From positions 1 through 47,174 of the forward strand of contig JANOAV010000211.1 of NCBI GenBank assembly GCA_031411295.1: a stretch of 47,174 bases of DNA, in the 5' to 3' direction. A program made the translations under genes and the position numbers. This DNA is from Verrucomicrobiales bacterium. Lineage in GTDB: Bacteria > Verrucomicrobiota > Verrucomicrobiia > Verrucomicrobiales > V1-33. Within the stretch, counting starts at the first letter, position 1. The number at the start of each line of letters is the position of its first letter. A model generated the notes under the pieces. It was not told the origin of the DNA. It was given only the letters and a program-made list of their open reading frames with translations, and did not search any database. Positions 9,791 to 19,839 of this stretch are shown here, one piece after another.

Positions 9791-10732
9791 TTACAATCCT
9801 GCTGGTAGCAGAAAGGTCCCATTTTGAGCCGCCGATGGCAGGCCAGGGGTGGTTCTTTTTCTAAAAAAAATGCCGCCGCGCAGGCTGTTGAATTGTAAAT
9901 GATAGAAATCCACTCTCTGCTCGTCGCGAATAGTGAAAGTGGCCGTGTCCCCTTCAGCGTGGTAGCCCTCCCCCAAGACGAAGGGGGTGTTTCCAGGTAA
10001 GGCTGGGAGTTTTTTGCCGTCGGCAAATGCGGCCAAAGTTGGTCCGGTGGGTTCTTGCAGCAGGATGAAGCGGCCATTGAGTCCCTGGGGGGCGCTGGGC
10101 AGGAGTTCCGAGGGTGGGGGAAGTGGTTGAAAAATGGCATGTGCAGAATCAACGACGATGCCATTGGTTGTGTCTTGCGAGGTCAGCGTGCCCGAGGTGG
10201 TGGTGAGGTAAGTGCAATCGATGGTGCGAGTGCGGTTGGCACTGAAACTAAGGGTTAACTTCAAGGAGTTCTCTCCCGTGCGGACCAGTTCGTAAGTTAC
10301 CAAGGCAGGGGCGGCCTGACCTGGGACCTGAACTGATCCGTTGGTTGGTGAAAAAAACCGGTAGGCCGTAAAATTCCCGGAACTGTTGGCTTCCCATTCC
10401 TGTCCAGCCACTGACCATGGGGCCAAGCCTCCGCTCGGCTGGCCTTCGACCAAATAGCGGAAAAATTTGCCCGCCTCGGGGGCTGGCTCGATGGAGCTTA
10501 AGGTGGCTCCTGTGCCGAACTCACGTGAATTTGCCACTGGACTCCAATGGGCCAAGTCCGTGCTGCTATAGAGCCGATACGTGTTGCCGGGCACGCTCGG
10601 GATGCTGAGTTGGATGGCCCGGCTGGGGGTTACGGGGATCGGTTGCTGCGCTTGCAGCGAGAGTAATGAACAGTGCATCACGATACCGCAAAGGCTCACG
10701 CCAGACTTGAGGGATGAGAAGCTAGAATTCAT
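9791..10732 (-). CDS. Secreted hypothetical protein with N-terminal Verrucomicrobia-type module
   Basis: Signal-peptide-like N-terminus, then GNTYRLYSSTDLAHWSP...KFFRY and a beta-rich Thr/Ser body. Confidence 0.65.
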   Translation of the reverse strand: MNSSFSSLKSGVSLCGIVMHCSLLSLQAQQPIPVTPSRAIQLSIPSVPGNTYRLYSSTDLAHWSPVANSREFGTGATLSSIEPAPEAGKFFRYLVEGQPSGGLAPWSVAGQEWEANSSGNFTAYRFFSPTNGSVQVPGQAAPALVTYELVRTGENSLKLTLSFSANRTRTIDCTYLTTTSGTLTSQDTTNGIVVDSAHAIFQPLPPPSELLPSAPQGLNGRFILLQEPTGPTLAAFADGKKLPALPGNTPFVLGEGYHAEGDTATFTIRDEQRVDFYHLQFNSLRGGIFFRKRTTPGLPSAAQNGTFLLPAGL

Positions 10733-10956
10733 GGGTAATTTACAAACAGGACTGCCATCACCCGCACTTTACTGGAAAATGAGCGAGTTTGGCAAGATGA
10801 AAACGACGAATGATTTTGCGGGGGATGTCTGGGCCAAATTGGGCAGTATTTCCTGTGGGGGCAGGGCGCAGGTGATCGGGATTGGTTGCGGGAACCTGAT
10901 TAAACGCCTGTCATCTGCGAAATGCTGGCTTCCCCTCATCTCGTGATTACTGCATC

Positions 10957-12885
10957 ATGTGGAAAACTGTCAGTTTCCTCCCCCGTGTCACGATGACTCT
11001 ACCTCCCCTATTTCTTTGCGGTCTCCTCCTCCTGCCGGTTTTGGGGAGCGCGGCTCCCCCGCATTACGATCACGTGGTGATCGTGGTGGAGGAGAACCGG
11101 GCGGCGGAGCAAATCATTGGCGACCCAGTCAACTGTCCCTATATCAATAACACTTTAGTGGCTGGCGGAGTGTCGTTAAATAACATGTATGCCTTGGTGC
11201 ATCCGAGCCAGCCGAACTACCTGCATCTCTTCAGTGGTTCCGCTCAGGGGGTGACGGACGATAATGCGCCCGCGGGCACGCCGTTTTCTTCTCCGAATCT
11301 GGGTGCGGCCTTGTTGGCGAAGGGAGTTTCGTTTCTAACTTATAATGACGGATTGCCGACGGCGGGAGATTTCACCTATGCCGGGGTGAGTCCGGTAAAA
11401 TATCGACGCAAGCATGCTCCTTGGACCAACTGGATTACCACAGTCACGCCCGTGCCGGCCAATCAATTGCCCCCCAGCGTGCATCAGACGTTTCTGACGT
11501 TCCCAGTCGCCACGAATTACAACAGTCTTCCGGCTGTTTCGTTTGTGATCCCTGACCAAGATCACGATATGCACGACGGTGGCCGCCTGGCTGCGGATAC
11601 TTGGCTCAATGCGAATCTGGCGGCCTATGCGGCATGGGCCAAGACGCATAACAGCCTGCTGATCGTCACCTGGGATGAGGATGACTATCAGGGGATCAAC
11701 CGCATCGCGACGATCTTCTATGGTGCGCATTTGAAAGCGCCCGCAACGAACGACTCCGTTTGGACGCTCCACAACATCACCCGCACGATCGAAGATATGC
11801 ACGGGACCACCCACTCTTCCCGCACTGGTCTGGTGGAATCGATCTATGGGGTCTTCGATACCGATTACACGCCGAAAGTCACCACCCTGCGGCAGGGGCT
11901 CAATGCTTACGCTGGCGCTGTGGATACGTTCATTCATCAGGATGCGCCCGATGCGGCTAGCGCTGCTTCCCATGATCTGAGTGCGGATGGAGATTTTGGA
12001 TCGGCCACGGGAGTGCAGCCGTCGCAATCGCTGGTGCGCTTCGATAATTTGTTCGGCAATGGCGTCAACCAAGTCCCCGCCGCTTCCACTATCATTTCAG
12101 CGAAACTGCTGCTTTCCACTGGTCCTACCACTGGTAACGAGAGCACCGATCGCATGTCCGTGAACCGCATGAAACTGGCCTGGACGGATGTCGCGACATG
12201 GAACAGCCTGACGGCCGGGGTGGCCTTGGATGGGGCGGAAGCGGTGGCCGCCGCCACCTTCACGGGGTATCCTGACATATTGGATGGACCGGTGGTATTT
12301 GATGTGACGGATGATGTCGAAGCTTGGCGCACTGGCGTTGTAAACTATGGTTGGGTGGTTACCGCAGAGGTTGCCGGCACCGATGGCTGGACGTTTAAGT
12401 CCAGCGAAGCCACGACGGATGTCACCCGACGGCCGACGTTGGATATCACTTGGCTGAGCCCTTTTCAGACTTGGGCCAATGCTTATGCGCTGGCGGGAAA
12501 TATTGCCACGCCCACATCAGATACCGATGGCGACAACGTGAATTTAATGCTCGAATATGCTTTCGGGATGAATCCCACGGTAACCAATCGGAAAATTTTG
12601 GACGCCACCAACGCGGCTGGTTTGCCCCTGATAACCCGCACCGGAACCACGCCAGCCAACCGGGTCCTCCAGGTGGAATTTCTCCGCCGCAAGAATGCCG
12701 CTGCTTTGGGCTTAACCTATATGGTGCAGTTTGGAAATACGCTAGCCACGTTCACGGATAACGCCCAGCCAGAAACCGTCACCAGCATCGACGCCAATTG
12801 GGAGCGCGTCCTCGTGAAAGATACGGCCACCGCCCCTGGAACCGCCAAACGGTTTGGCCGAGTCAAGATCACCCTCGTGCCCTGA
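10957..12885 (+). CDS. Secreted phosphoesterase (acid phosphatase / phospholipase C-like) with DNRLRE-type domain and Verrucomicrobia-type C-terminal module
   Basis: DHVVIVVEENR, HPSQPNYLHLFSG, KHAPW, DMHDG and IVTWDEDD mark the phosphoesterase family. DTFI...SLVRFD...ISAKLLL...FDVT.DV.AW..NYGW...RPTL.I is DNRLRE-like. It ends with DTDGD...LEYAFG...RFGRVKI. Confidence 0.82.
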   Translation: MWKTVSFLPRVTMTLPPLFLCGLLLLPVLGSAAPPHYDHVVIVVEENRAAEQIIGDPVNCPYINNTLVAGGVSLNNMYALVHPSQPNYLHLFSGSAQGVTDDNAPAGTPFSSPNLGAALLAKGVSFLTYNDGLPTAGDFTYAGVSPVKYRRKHAPWTNWITTVTPVPANQLPPSVHQTFLTFPVATNYNSLPAVSFVIPDQDHDMHDGGRLAADTWLNANLAAYAAWAKTHNSLLIVTWDEDDYQGINRIATIFYGAHLKAPATNDSVWTLHNITRTIEDMHGTTHSSRTGLVESIYGVFDTDYTPKVTTLRQGLNAYAGAVDTFIHQDAPDAASAASHDLSADGDFGSATGVQPSQSLVRFDNLFGNGVNQVPAASTIISAKLLLSTGPTTGNESTDRMSVNRMKLAWTDVATWNSLTAGVALDGAEAVAAATFTGYPDILDGPVVFDVTDDVEAWRTGVVNYGWVVTAEVAGTDGWTFKSSEATTDVTRRPTLDITWLSPFQTWANAYALAGNIATPTSDTDGDNVNLMLEYAFGMNPTVTNRKILDATNAAGLPLITRTGTTPANRVLQVEFLRRKNAAALGLTYMVQFGNTLATFTDNAQPETVTSIDANWERVLVKDTATAPGTAKRFGRVKITLVP

Positions 12886-12897
12886 CCCTGCCCCGCC

Positions 12898-12920
12898 GGA
12901 GGGTGGACGTTCCGTCCACC
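12898..12920 (+). repeat. REP-like palindrome, family A
   Basis: GGAGGGTGGACGTTCCGTCCACC directly after the phosphoesterase stop. The copy at 34940 shares the extension AGTATC. Confidence 0.75.
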
Positions 12921-12970
12921 AGTATCAAAAATATCTTGCCGGCCCCTCGGAGTCTGATCTAGCCTACTTC

Positions 12971-13405
12971 ATGTCCCAACAACGCACCCGCTGGATCCGC
13001 GCTTTGTTTTTCGTGGCCATCGCAGCCATTGCGGTGCCTGCAATTTCCCTAAATTTTGGCAACTCTCCCGCCCGGGTTGAAAAGGAGCACGGCTTGCGAT
13101 TGCCTCTCTCTGCCAAAAACTTGGAATGCACCGGAAATGCCTGGATGGTCCTGGACCGTTGCGCCTATGCCACCTTCGAAATGGATCGGAGCGATCTTCC
13201 CGCTTTTGCCGCGCAACTAATTGAGCAGCCGGGTGCTAAACCGCCGACCAATTACAAGCCGCGCGATATGAAGGCTCCATGGACCAAGCACGCTCCTCTT
13301 TCCGGTCAGGTCTACAAATCACCCACCGGGGACTTCCTGGTCGTCCAGACCTTTGACTTGGCGGATTCCCGAATCGGCGTGTGGCTTTTTACGGACTGGA
13401 ATTAG
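12971..13405 (+). CDS. Hypothetical membrane-anchored protein
   Basis: ATG 12971 is followed by a hydrophobic N-terminal helix. The upstream part of ORF 12854 is translated repeat sequence. Confidence 0.6.
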   Translation: MSQQRTRWIRALFFVAIAAIAVPAISLNFGNSPARVEKEHGLRLPLSAKNLECTGNAWMVLDRCAYATFEMDRSDLPAFAAQLIEQPGAKPPTNYKPRDMKAPWTKHAPLSGQVYKSPTGDFLVVQTFDLADSRIGVWLFTDWN

Positions 13406-13585
13406 CGGGACTTCACGCGGTGTGCCCCTCTGGGAAATTTTCCGGTTGGCATTTCTCATTGCCAAACCTGAAAACTCCCTATAATCCCCCTCCCGCCCGC
13501 ATTCCGGCCCCTGAGTGGTTCCGTTGCCGCTGCTCCTCCTGATTCCCGAATTTCCGCCCTCATCCTCCCTCCATTTACTAATTTT

Positions 13586-14938
13586 ATGAACGTTACCGTC
13601 GAAAAACAAGCCAATTGCAAAGCCGTCCTCACGATTGAAGTGCCGGCTGAGAAAGTTACTGCCGCCCGTGATCAAATCACCTCACTGTATGCCAAAAGCG
13701 CCAGTGTCCCCGGCTTCCGTCCCGGGAAAGCGCCTCGGGCCATCGTGGCCAAGCGTTTTGCGGACGACATCCGTTCCCGTGCGATCCAGAATCTCAATGA
13801 AGAAGTCCTGCGCGACGCCATTGCCGAGCAAAAACTTGATGTGCTGAGCATCGATGAAGCCAAGATGGACGAAAAGGATGGCGCGGCCACCTGCACCTAC
13901 ACCGTCACGCTACGCCCAGCCGTGAGCCTGCCGGAGTATAAAGGCCTCAAGATTGAAGTGCAAAAACTGGAGATCACCGAGGAATTCGTGGACAAGATCA
14001 TCACCCGTCAGACCGAGCAGTTCGCCACTCAGAAGGACGTCGAAGGACGCCCTGCCCAACTGGGTGACTTCTGCGTGCTGGATTACACGGGGACCGTGGA
14101 TGGCACCCCTATCGGTGAGCTGGTGGCCGAAAGTGAAAGCTTCCTCGGCAGCAACGAAGGCTTCCTCTTCAAGTTGGACGAAAAGAATTTCCTGCCAGGA
14201 TTCGCCAGCCAAATCGTGGGTGCCAACGTTGGTGATACGAAGACCGTCACCATTACCGTGCCTGAAGGGGCCAATCCAGCCATCGCTGGGAAAGAAGCTG
14301 TTTACGAAGTTAAAGTGACCGGCATCAAGGAACAAGAACTGCCGGAAGTGAATGACGAGTTCGCCAGCCGCCTGTTGCCAGGCAAGACTCTGGCCGAACT
14401 CCGCGTCTTCGTGCGCGAGCGCGTGGAAGCCGATTCTGAAGGGGCGCAATTGAATCAAAAGCGCGCCAACGTTCTCACCGCCCTGACCGGCCAAAGTGAA
14501 TTCGATTTGCCCAAGACCTTGGTGGATCGCGCCACCCAGCGCCGGATTAACGAGTTGGTCAACACCAACCTCCGCCAGGGCCTGCCGCAGGATTTGATCA
14601 AAGAGAATGAAGAAGCCATCGTTGGTGCCGCTTCTAGTCAAGCCTCCGTCGATGTGAAGCAAGAATTCCTGCTGCTCGAAATTGCCAAAGCGGAAGAAAT
14701 CAAAGTTTCCGACGAAGATTGGAGCGCGCAGATTTACCAGATCGCTCAGCAAAACAAAATCGCCCCGCAGAAGGTGGTTAAGCAGTTGCAAAAGAACGAT
14801 CAGATTAACAACCTGGCCACCGGCATCCTCTTGGAGAAGACCGTCAAGTTCCTCATCGACAACGCAGATATCACCTACAAGACCATCACGCCGGAAGAAG
14901 CCGAGGCTGCCGCCGCCGCCGAACAAGCGGAAGACTAA
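13586..14938 (+). CDS. tig: Trigger factor
   Basis: Ribosome-binding signature VPGFRPGKAP, FKBP-like domain (GDFCVLDYTGTVDG...FLPGFASQIVG), 450 aa. Confidence 0.97.
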   Translation: MNVTVEKQANCKAVLTIEVPAEKVTAARDQITSLYAKSASVPGFRPGKAPRAIVAKRFADDIRSRAIQNLNEEVLRDAIAEQKLDVLSIDEAKMDEKDGAATCTYTVTLRPAVSLPEYKGLKIEVQKLEITEEFVDKIITRQTEQFATQKDVEGRPAQLGDFCVLDYTGTVDGTPIGELVAESESFLGSNEGFLFKLDEKNFLPGFASQIVGANVGDTKTVTITVPEGANPAIAGKEAVYEVKVTGIKEQELPEVNDEFASRLLPGKTLAELRVFVRERVEADSEGAQLNQKRANVLTALTGQSEFDLPKTLVDRATQRRINELVNTNLRQGLPQDLIKENEEAIVGAASSQASVDVKQEFLLLEIAKAEEIKVSDEDWSAQIYQIAQQNKIAPQKVVKQLQKNDQINNLATGILLEKTVKFLIDNADITYKTITPEEAEAAAAAEQAED

Positions 14939-14945
14939 AGCCCAA

Positions 14946-14968
14946 GGAGGGTGGACGTTCCGTCCACC
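14946..14968 (+). repeat. REP-like palindrome, family A
   Basis: GGAGGGTGGACGTTCCGTCCACC just after the tig stop. A second hairpin, TAGCGCTCAGCC-CACCA-GGCTGAGCGCTA, follows at about 14983-15012. Confidence 0.75.
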
Positions 14969-15111
14969 CGTGAAGAAATATGCTAGCGCTCAGCCCACCA
15001 GGCTGAGCGCTACTCTTTTGGGGCTGGTGGAGGAGGGCCCAACCTGCAAGCCCTCCGCGATAATGCATAGGCTCGGAGTTGTCTCTGCTGCGAACCTTCA
15101 CATGGTGAAGC

Positions 15112-16413
15112 ATGCATCCATTGAAAATACTCATGTTCACTTGCGTCCTCCTCGGCTCGATCCTTCAGGCGGGAGCCAAGGAGGCGGACTTCCCCCTGGC
15201 GGCCGCCGAGGAATGCCATCCTCGGTTAGGATTGCCAAACTTCTATCACAAAATTTCCCAAGCCGGGGCCGAGGTGAAAATCGGCTATCTGGGAGGCTCC
15301 ATCACCGCGCAACCAGGGTGGCGTCCCAAGTCGTTGCAGCATTTCCAACAGAGTTACCCCAAGGTGAAGTTCTCGGAAATCAATGCTGCCATCGGTGGCA
15401 CTGGCTCAGATCTGGGGGTGTTTCGGTTGCAACAGGATGTCTTGCATGCCAAGCCGGATTTGCTCTTCGTAGAGTTCGCGGTGAATGATGGTGGGGCCGC
15501 TCCGGAACAAATTTTCAACTGCATGGAGGGGATCGTGCGCCAGACTTGGCGGGCCCTGCCGCGGTGCGATATCTGTTTCGTTTACACGGTGACGGAGGCG
15601 CTCGTGCCGCCGCTGCTGGAAGGGAAATTTCCCCGGGCAGCCAGTGCCATGGAACGGGTGGCAGCACACTACGGGATTCCCTCGATTCATCTGGCGATGG
15701 AAGTGGCCAAGCTCGCCCAAGCAGACCGACTGCTCTGGAAAGCGCCCCTACCCAAAACGGACGAAGCCAAGCAAGCAGTGGGAGACAAGGTGGTCTTTGC
15801 ACCGGACGGCGTGCATCCGCATCCTGAAACGGGCCACGAACTATACCTTCAAGCCATCCAGCGTTCCCTGCCAGCGATCGAAAAGGCCCATTCCAAAGCC
15901 GGGCCGCATGAACTCGGGGTTCCCTCTGTGGCCACGAATTATGAGCAGGCGAAGCTTCTGCCCATCGGTGCGGCCAAACTCTCCGCCGGAGCCAGCAAAC
16001 TGGATGCCGCCAAGGACGACATGGGAAAACGTTTCTCCAACCGCCTGAGCGATCTGCATCGGTTGTCGCAGGCGGGAGATAGCCTGACGTTCAAGTTCAA
16101 AGGCACCCGTTGCGCCATCTATGATGTCATCGGCCCGGACTGCGGGCAGGTCTCGGTGGTGCTGGACGATCAGCCTGCCAAACTTGTGGCGCGCTTCGAT
16201 GCTTACTGCACCTACGCCAGACTGGCCACGCTCATGATCGGGAATGACCTCAAGGACGAGGTCCACACCGTCACCATCACCCTCACCGCCGAACCCTTGG
16301 ACAAAGCCAAAATCCTTAGCCAGCGCCAAGAAACCATCGATAAACCCGAGCGCTTTGCCCCCCTGAACTTCTATCCCGGAGCCATCCTCCTGGTAGGTGA
16401 AATGATTCCCTAA
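15112..16413 (+). CDS. Secreted SGNH/GDSL hydrolase family protein
   Basis: Block I YLGGSIT, block II NAAIGGTGS, block III FVEFAVND, block V DGVHP, plus a signal peptide. Confidence 0.9.
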   Translation: MHPLKILMFTCVLLGSILQAGAKEADFPLAAAEECHPRLGLPNFYHKISQAGAEVKIGYLGGSITAQPGWRPKSLQHFQQSYPKVKFSEINAAIGGTGSDLGVFRLQQDVLHAKPDLLFVEFAVNDGGAAPEQIFNCMEGIVRQTWRALPRCDICFVYTVTEALVPPLLEGKFPRAASAMERVAAHYGIPSIHLAMEVAKLAQADRLLWKAPLPKTDEAKQAVGDKVVFAPDGVHPHPETGHELYLQAIQRSLPAIEKAHSKAGPHELGVPSVATNYEQAKLLPIGAAKLSAGASKLDAAKDDMGKRFSNRLSDLHRLSQAGDSLTFKFKGTRCAIYDVIGPDCGQVSVVLDDQPAKLVARFDAYCTYARLATLMIGNDLKDEVHTVTITLTAEPLDKAKILSQRQETIDKPERFAPLNFYPGAILLVGEMIP

Positions 16414-16420
16414 CCCAGAG

Positions 16421-16446
16421 TGTGGCAGCAGTCCGCTGGACTGCTT
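16421..16446 (+). repeat. REP-like palindrome, family B (GTGG-AGCAGTCC-GCT-GGACTGCT)
   Basis: Core GCAGTCCGCTGGACTGC recurs at 33026, 35101 (reverse) and 43122. Confidence 0.75.
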
Positions 16447-16599
16447 CAGCCGTGGCTATCGACCTGCCTGGTTGGCCGGGACGCGAGGCGAACCAACGTT
16501 GACCAGCCTGAATCCGAAAATGGCATTTACCCATGTAGTGCCGGACTTCTTTAGTCCGCACCCATCGGGGACAGACGCGCTCATATCGCGCAACAAAAC

Positions 16600-16830
16600 G
16601 TGAACCCTCATGCTGCGGGCGGGAAGCTCTCCCGAGGGCAAATACTACGGCTCAAAGTGAACTACCTAACGCGAGGCGGAATCTTTGGCCGCGCAGGGTT
16701 CGTGAACGGAGCCTTTGACTCAGTGCGAGAACGATTTGGCAAAAATCGAAACAGCGGAGCCAGGAAACTCAAAGGATTTGAAGCGGGAGAGTTGCGCGTC
16801 TTGCGAGATTTACAAAGGGGAGTAGGATAG
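16600..16830 (+). pseudogene. C-terminal remnant of a Y1 (IS200-like / REP-associated RAYT-type) transposase
   Basis: GGKLSRGQILRLKVNYLTRGGIFGRAGFVNGAFDSVRERFGKNRNSGARKLKG...LRDL resembles, from memory, the C-terminal tail of verrucomicrobial Y1 transposases. The HUH catalytic domain is absent. Confidence 0.5.
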
Positions 16831-17122
16831 CCGCATCAAACCCAACCGATCCTCCATCTCTTACTAATTCTCTAATTCTGAGAAATCCATGAAATCGATG
16901 TCATCAAATTCTTTCAATAACGAGGCCGCCACCTTGTTTGCGCTTTTCTGAAAATCATCCGCATGGGCATCTGGCAATGGTGGAAATGTGAGTGGAACGC
17001 GCTCTGGCTCCGGCCAAAAACCATGCCCGCCGCCGTCCCAATGCCCGAGAGCCCCGCACCAGCGGAAGCGGCCGTGGGAGCGTAAAGGATTGAATGGTTA
17101 CACTAATTTCTACTTCGCGTTA

Positions 17123-17620
17123 TCATTTATCATGTGAAGGCTCAATCCAATCTCCAATCAGAAAGTATTTATGAAACGGAACTGCTCTGCCATCTTTAAA
17201 TAAACGCGCATGCCCTGAAGTTGCATTTACGGAAACGCCTTTTAATATCATAGAATTGGTGCCTCGGTGAGGACTGAAGATATACTCGTCATTTAAAATC
17301 CAATAAGGAATTACGTGCGCATTAATGGTTGTATCGTTACAATACTTGTCGGCTATTTCTGCGGCTTCGACCGGTGATACAGCGAAACCAACCGAATACG
17401 GGTTTTCCATATCCCGGCGGCAGTAGCGAAGCATTCGACCATCACTAAGCATCCACGTGTCAAACGGGATAATCCAGAAGTAAACTCTCCAGACTAGGCC
17501 GAAAATCAGAGTTATACAGACAAGCCATTTTAGAAAATTAATCCGTTTCATGATTTGCTTGAGCATAAGTAGCTTGAATGTTTCCGGGCCAGGCAGTAAG
17601 TTTGGCGTTTCACAATTCAC
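17123..17620 (-). CDS. Low-GC hypothetical membrane-anchored protein (probable start ATG 17551)
   Basis: Intact ORF with an N-terminal TM helix (KWLVCITLIFGLVWRVYFW). Visibly AT-richer than the flanking genes. Confidence 0.55.
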   Translation of the reverse strand: MNCETPNLLPGPETFKLLMLKQIMKRINFLKWLVCITLIFGLVWRVYFWIIPFDTWMLSDGRMLRYCRRDMENPYSVGFAVSPVEAAEIADKYCNDTTINAHVIPYWILNDEYIFSPHRGTNSMILKGVSVNATSGHARLFKDGRAVPFHKYFLIGDWIEPSHDK

Positions 17621-18217
17621 TCAGTAATACTCGGAGCGCTTGATAGCTCCGAGCGCAGATAGATCGCTCCAGTCACCTGCAAAGACCTGAACAGCAATCC
17701 TTTTTTCACCCGCGAGCTTTTCCATAATGGACCCTCTCTCAATGGCCGGAGGATCATAGATTACTCTGCATTGCATTTCCTCATCGCCAGGAGTCTGCTT
17801 GGGGAAAACTAGATCCTGAAACTTAAAAGTCAGAGTTGTGGTTTTTCCTTTGGGAATCACCAAGCCCCTACTTGGGTTCATAGTTGCGGGGTCTGATCCT
17901 ATAAAAGCGCGATAGGTAAGTTTGGATTTTTTGCTTCGGAACTCAAAGATATATGAATGCAGGCCAGTTCCAGTAGTAGGGTCCCAAAAATGCATGTCTG
18001 CATTCCCATTGTTTTCTATATCCACGCAGAATTCGGATTCGTGTAATCTACAGGTCATGGTCAGGGCATGGACCATGTAGTGTGGAGGAACCGGACGTTT
18101 GGGGTCCAGTTTATCCTCCGCCGGGGCGGCCATTGCCCCATTGTTCTTTGAGGCAACTAGTGAGATTAGAAAAATCAGGAGCGCGCTAAGGGTGATTTTG
18201 AAATTGCGGTTCATCAT
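17621..18217 (-). CDS. Low-GC secreted hypothetical protein (Ig-like beta domain, possible immunity protein)
   Basis: Signal peptide MMNRNFKITLSALLIFLISLVAS, 198-aa ORF, AT-rich. Function is inference only. Confidence 0.6.
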   Translation of the reverse strand: MMNRNFKITLSALLIFLISLVASKNNGAMAAPAEDKLDPKRPVPPHYMVHALTMTCRLHESEFCVDIENNGNADMHFWDPTTGTGLHSYIFEFRSKKSKLTYRAFIGSDPATMNPSRGLVIPKGKTTTLTFKFQDLVFPKQTPGDEEMQCRVIYDPPAIERGSIMEKLAGEKRIAVQVFAGDWSDLSALGAIKRSEYY

Positions 18218-18410
18218 GTTGTTTGCTTAAGTTGGACTGGGGCCACCAATTCAGCGTTGCGGCTGGATTTGATCGAGACCCCCATACCAGTAATAATGGT
18301 CCTCGGCAAGCTTGCGCATGATGTGCCTGGGTGCTGGTTTCATCGCCAGGCCATATTACACCTACGAAGTTGTCATGTGGGTTTCTGGAGCCACCTTTTC
18401 GCACCTCCCC

Positions 18411-18860
18411 CTACCTCCGCAAAGCCTGAATCAGTTCATCCAGCTTCTGCGCCACATCCATGGCCGTGGGGCTGGGATTGGCTGGCAGCAGCAGACTCAC
18501 CCCATTGCTGCTGGCCGAGGTGGTGTTGATGGCATCGGTGAGTTGGATGAAGGAAACATCACCCTGCGGCCCGGTCAGGCCGTCCTGACCTACGGGGATG
18601 TTGAAGCTGAAGTGGACAAACGAGCCATCGAAGAAGACCGAAGCGCTGGCCGGAGTCGTGGGGCCCACCGTCGTGACGGAATCCACCGTCACATTGGCAA
18701 AGGCTGGACCTGCCGGACCTTGGGGGCCTGCGGGACCCTCGGGGCCGGTCGGGCCTGCGGGCACGGCATTGATGAGATTGAAGAGTGCTTGGAGCTGATC
18801 GCGAATCACGGCGGATTGCAGCGGGGCACCGGTGGCGGGAAGTGAGGGATCGAAGGGCAT
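18411..18860 (-). CDS. Small collagen-like protein
   Basis: Gly-X-Y run GPTGPEGPAGPQGPAGP plus GQDGLTGPQG, a beta segment VTVDSVTT...FSFNIP, and short helices at both ends. GC3-rich coding pattern. Confidence 0.75.
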   Translation of the reverse strand: MPFDPSLPATGAPLQSAVIRDQLQALFNLINAVPAGPTGPEGPAGPQGPAGPAFANVTVDSVTTVGPTTPASASVFFDGSFVHFSFNIPVGQDGLTGPQGDVSFIQLTDAINTTSASSNGVSLLLPANPSPTAMDVAQKLDELIQALRR

Positions 18861-18971
18861 GGAGGCAAGTTGTTAGATTCAAAATTTCAGATGCAAGCGG
18901 CAAGCTTTCAGAGTTCAGATCCAAAGAGCCTAGCCTCCGCTTGAATCTGAAATCTTGCCCCTTGCTTCAGG

Positions 18972-19715
18972 CTAGAGCACCCGGATTTGGGCCGGGTCAC
19001 TCCAGGCACCCATCACCCCTTTGAGGCCCACCGTGCGCACCCGCACCCACACCAGTCCGCCGGGCGTGAAGCCATCCAGTTCCGCCTTCCCGCCTTGATA
19101 CATCCCCTGCTGGTGCCAGTCCGCCTCCGTGTTGGCATTACCGATATTCGTCTGCACCTCATTGGTGCTACTGCTCCGGTCTGGCTTATAGCGCGCCACC
19201 AGCGTTCCGCTCACCGTGCCCTGGCTCAGGCGTAAATTTTGCGGAGCTTCCGGGGGCGAGAAATCCACCGGACGCTGCGTGTTATACGCCGGGAAGCCAC
19301 TCTCATCCACGATCCCCGCATCCCCCTTGGCCACGCCATTCACGTAGTTCCCCAGCGCCCCCAGCGATTCCTCCAGCAGCTCCCGCGCGTCGTTGAAGGC
19401 GATCTGGTCCGTGGTCGCGTTACTCGCGCGCGCCACCAGCTTCGTCTCGTAGCTGGTAATCTGGGTATCCAGCGTGGCCATGGCCACCGTGGGGGCCGTG
19501 AACCGGGCCGCGTGAGCCACCATTTTATCATGGATTCCCTTGGCAATGGGCAACAAATCCGCCGCCGAATAGGTGCTAAAATCGATCGTCGCTTTCGTGT
19601 TATTCATAGGTTTGATGGGTTTAGTGGGTTGAGTTATTGGAGCCTGCTCCCCATCCCAAGTAGCGGCCGAGTCCCAAAAAAGGTCCGGGGAGTCCCAAGT
19701 CAGCGGATCAGGCAT
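18972..19715 (-). CDS. Hypothetical protein: Trp/Asp-rich leader + helical domain + C-terminal fibronectin type III-like domain (alternative start 19607)
   Basis: MPDPLTWDSPDLFWDSAATWDG leader, amphipathic helices, then PEAPQNLRL...W...LDGFTPGGLVWVRVRTVG..G.MGAWSDP (FN3 pattern). The extension of the ORF to 20207 is only the translated repeat array. Confidence 0.75.
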   Translation of the reverse strand: MPDPLTWDSPDLFWDSAATWDGEQAPITQPTKPIKPMNNTKATIDFSTYSAADLLPIAKGIHDKMVAHAARFTAPTVAMATLDTQITSYETKLVARASNATTDQIAFNDARELLEESLGALGNYVNGVAKGDAGIVDESGFPAYNTQRPVDFSPPEAPQNLRLSQGTVSGTLVARYKPDRSSSTNEVQTNIGNANTEADWHQQGMYQGGKAELDGFTPGGLVWVRVRTVGLKGVMGAWSDPAQIRVL

Positions 19716-19839
19716 AAGGATAAGAGAAAATGGTGAACCAGCGTGAAACCGCCCAGGCCCCCATCGCGCGAACGTCCGTCCCGCTTCCCTGCCCGACCCG
19801 ATTTCGGAAATTCCATAAAATCCGCCAAAACCCCCGAAT

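Noticed and set aside
13910..14926. 338-aa antisense ORF (similarly 25003..26115, 33212..34381, 39557..40483)
   Set aside because: These are shadow ORFs opposite well-supported GC-rich genes and have no recognisable motifs.
18870..18965. Short TTTCAGA/TCTGAAA repeats, and similar inverted low-complexity DNA at 43978-44055
   Set aside because: Probably simple intergenic hairpins or terminator-like DNA, too degenerate to support a specific call.
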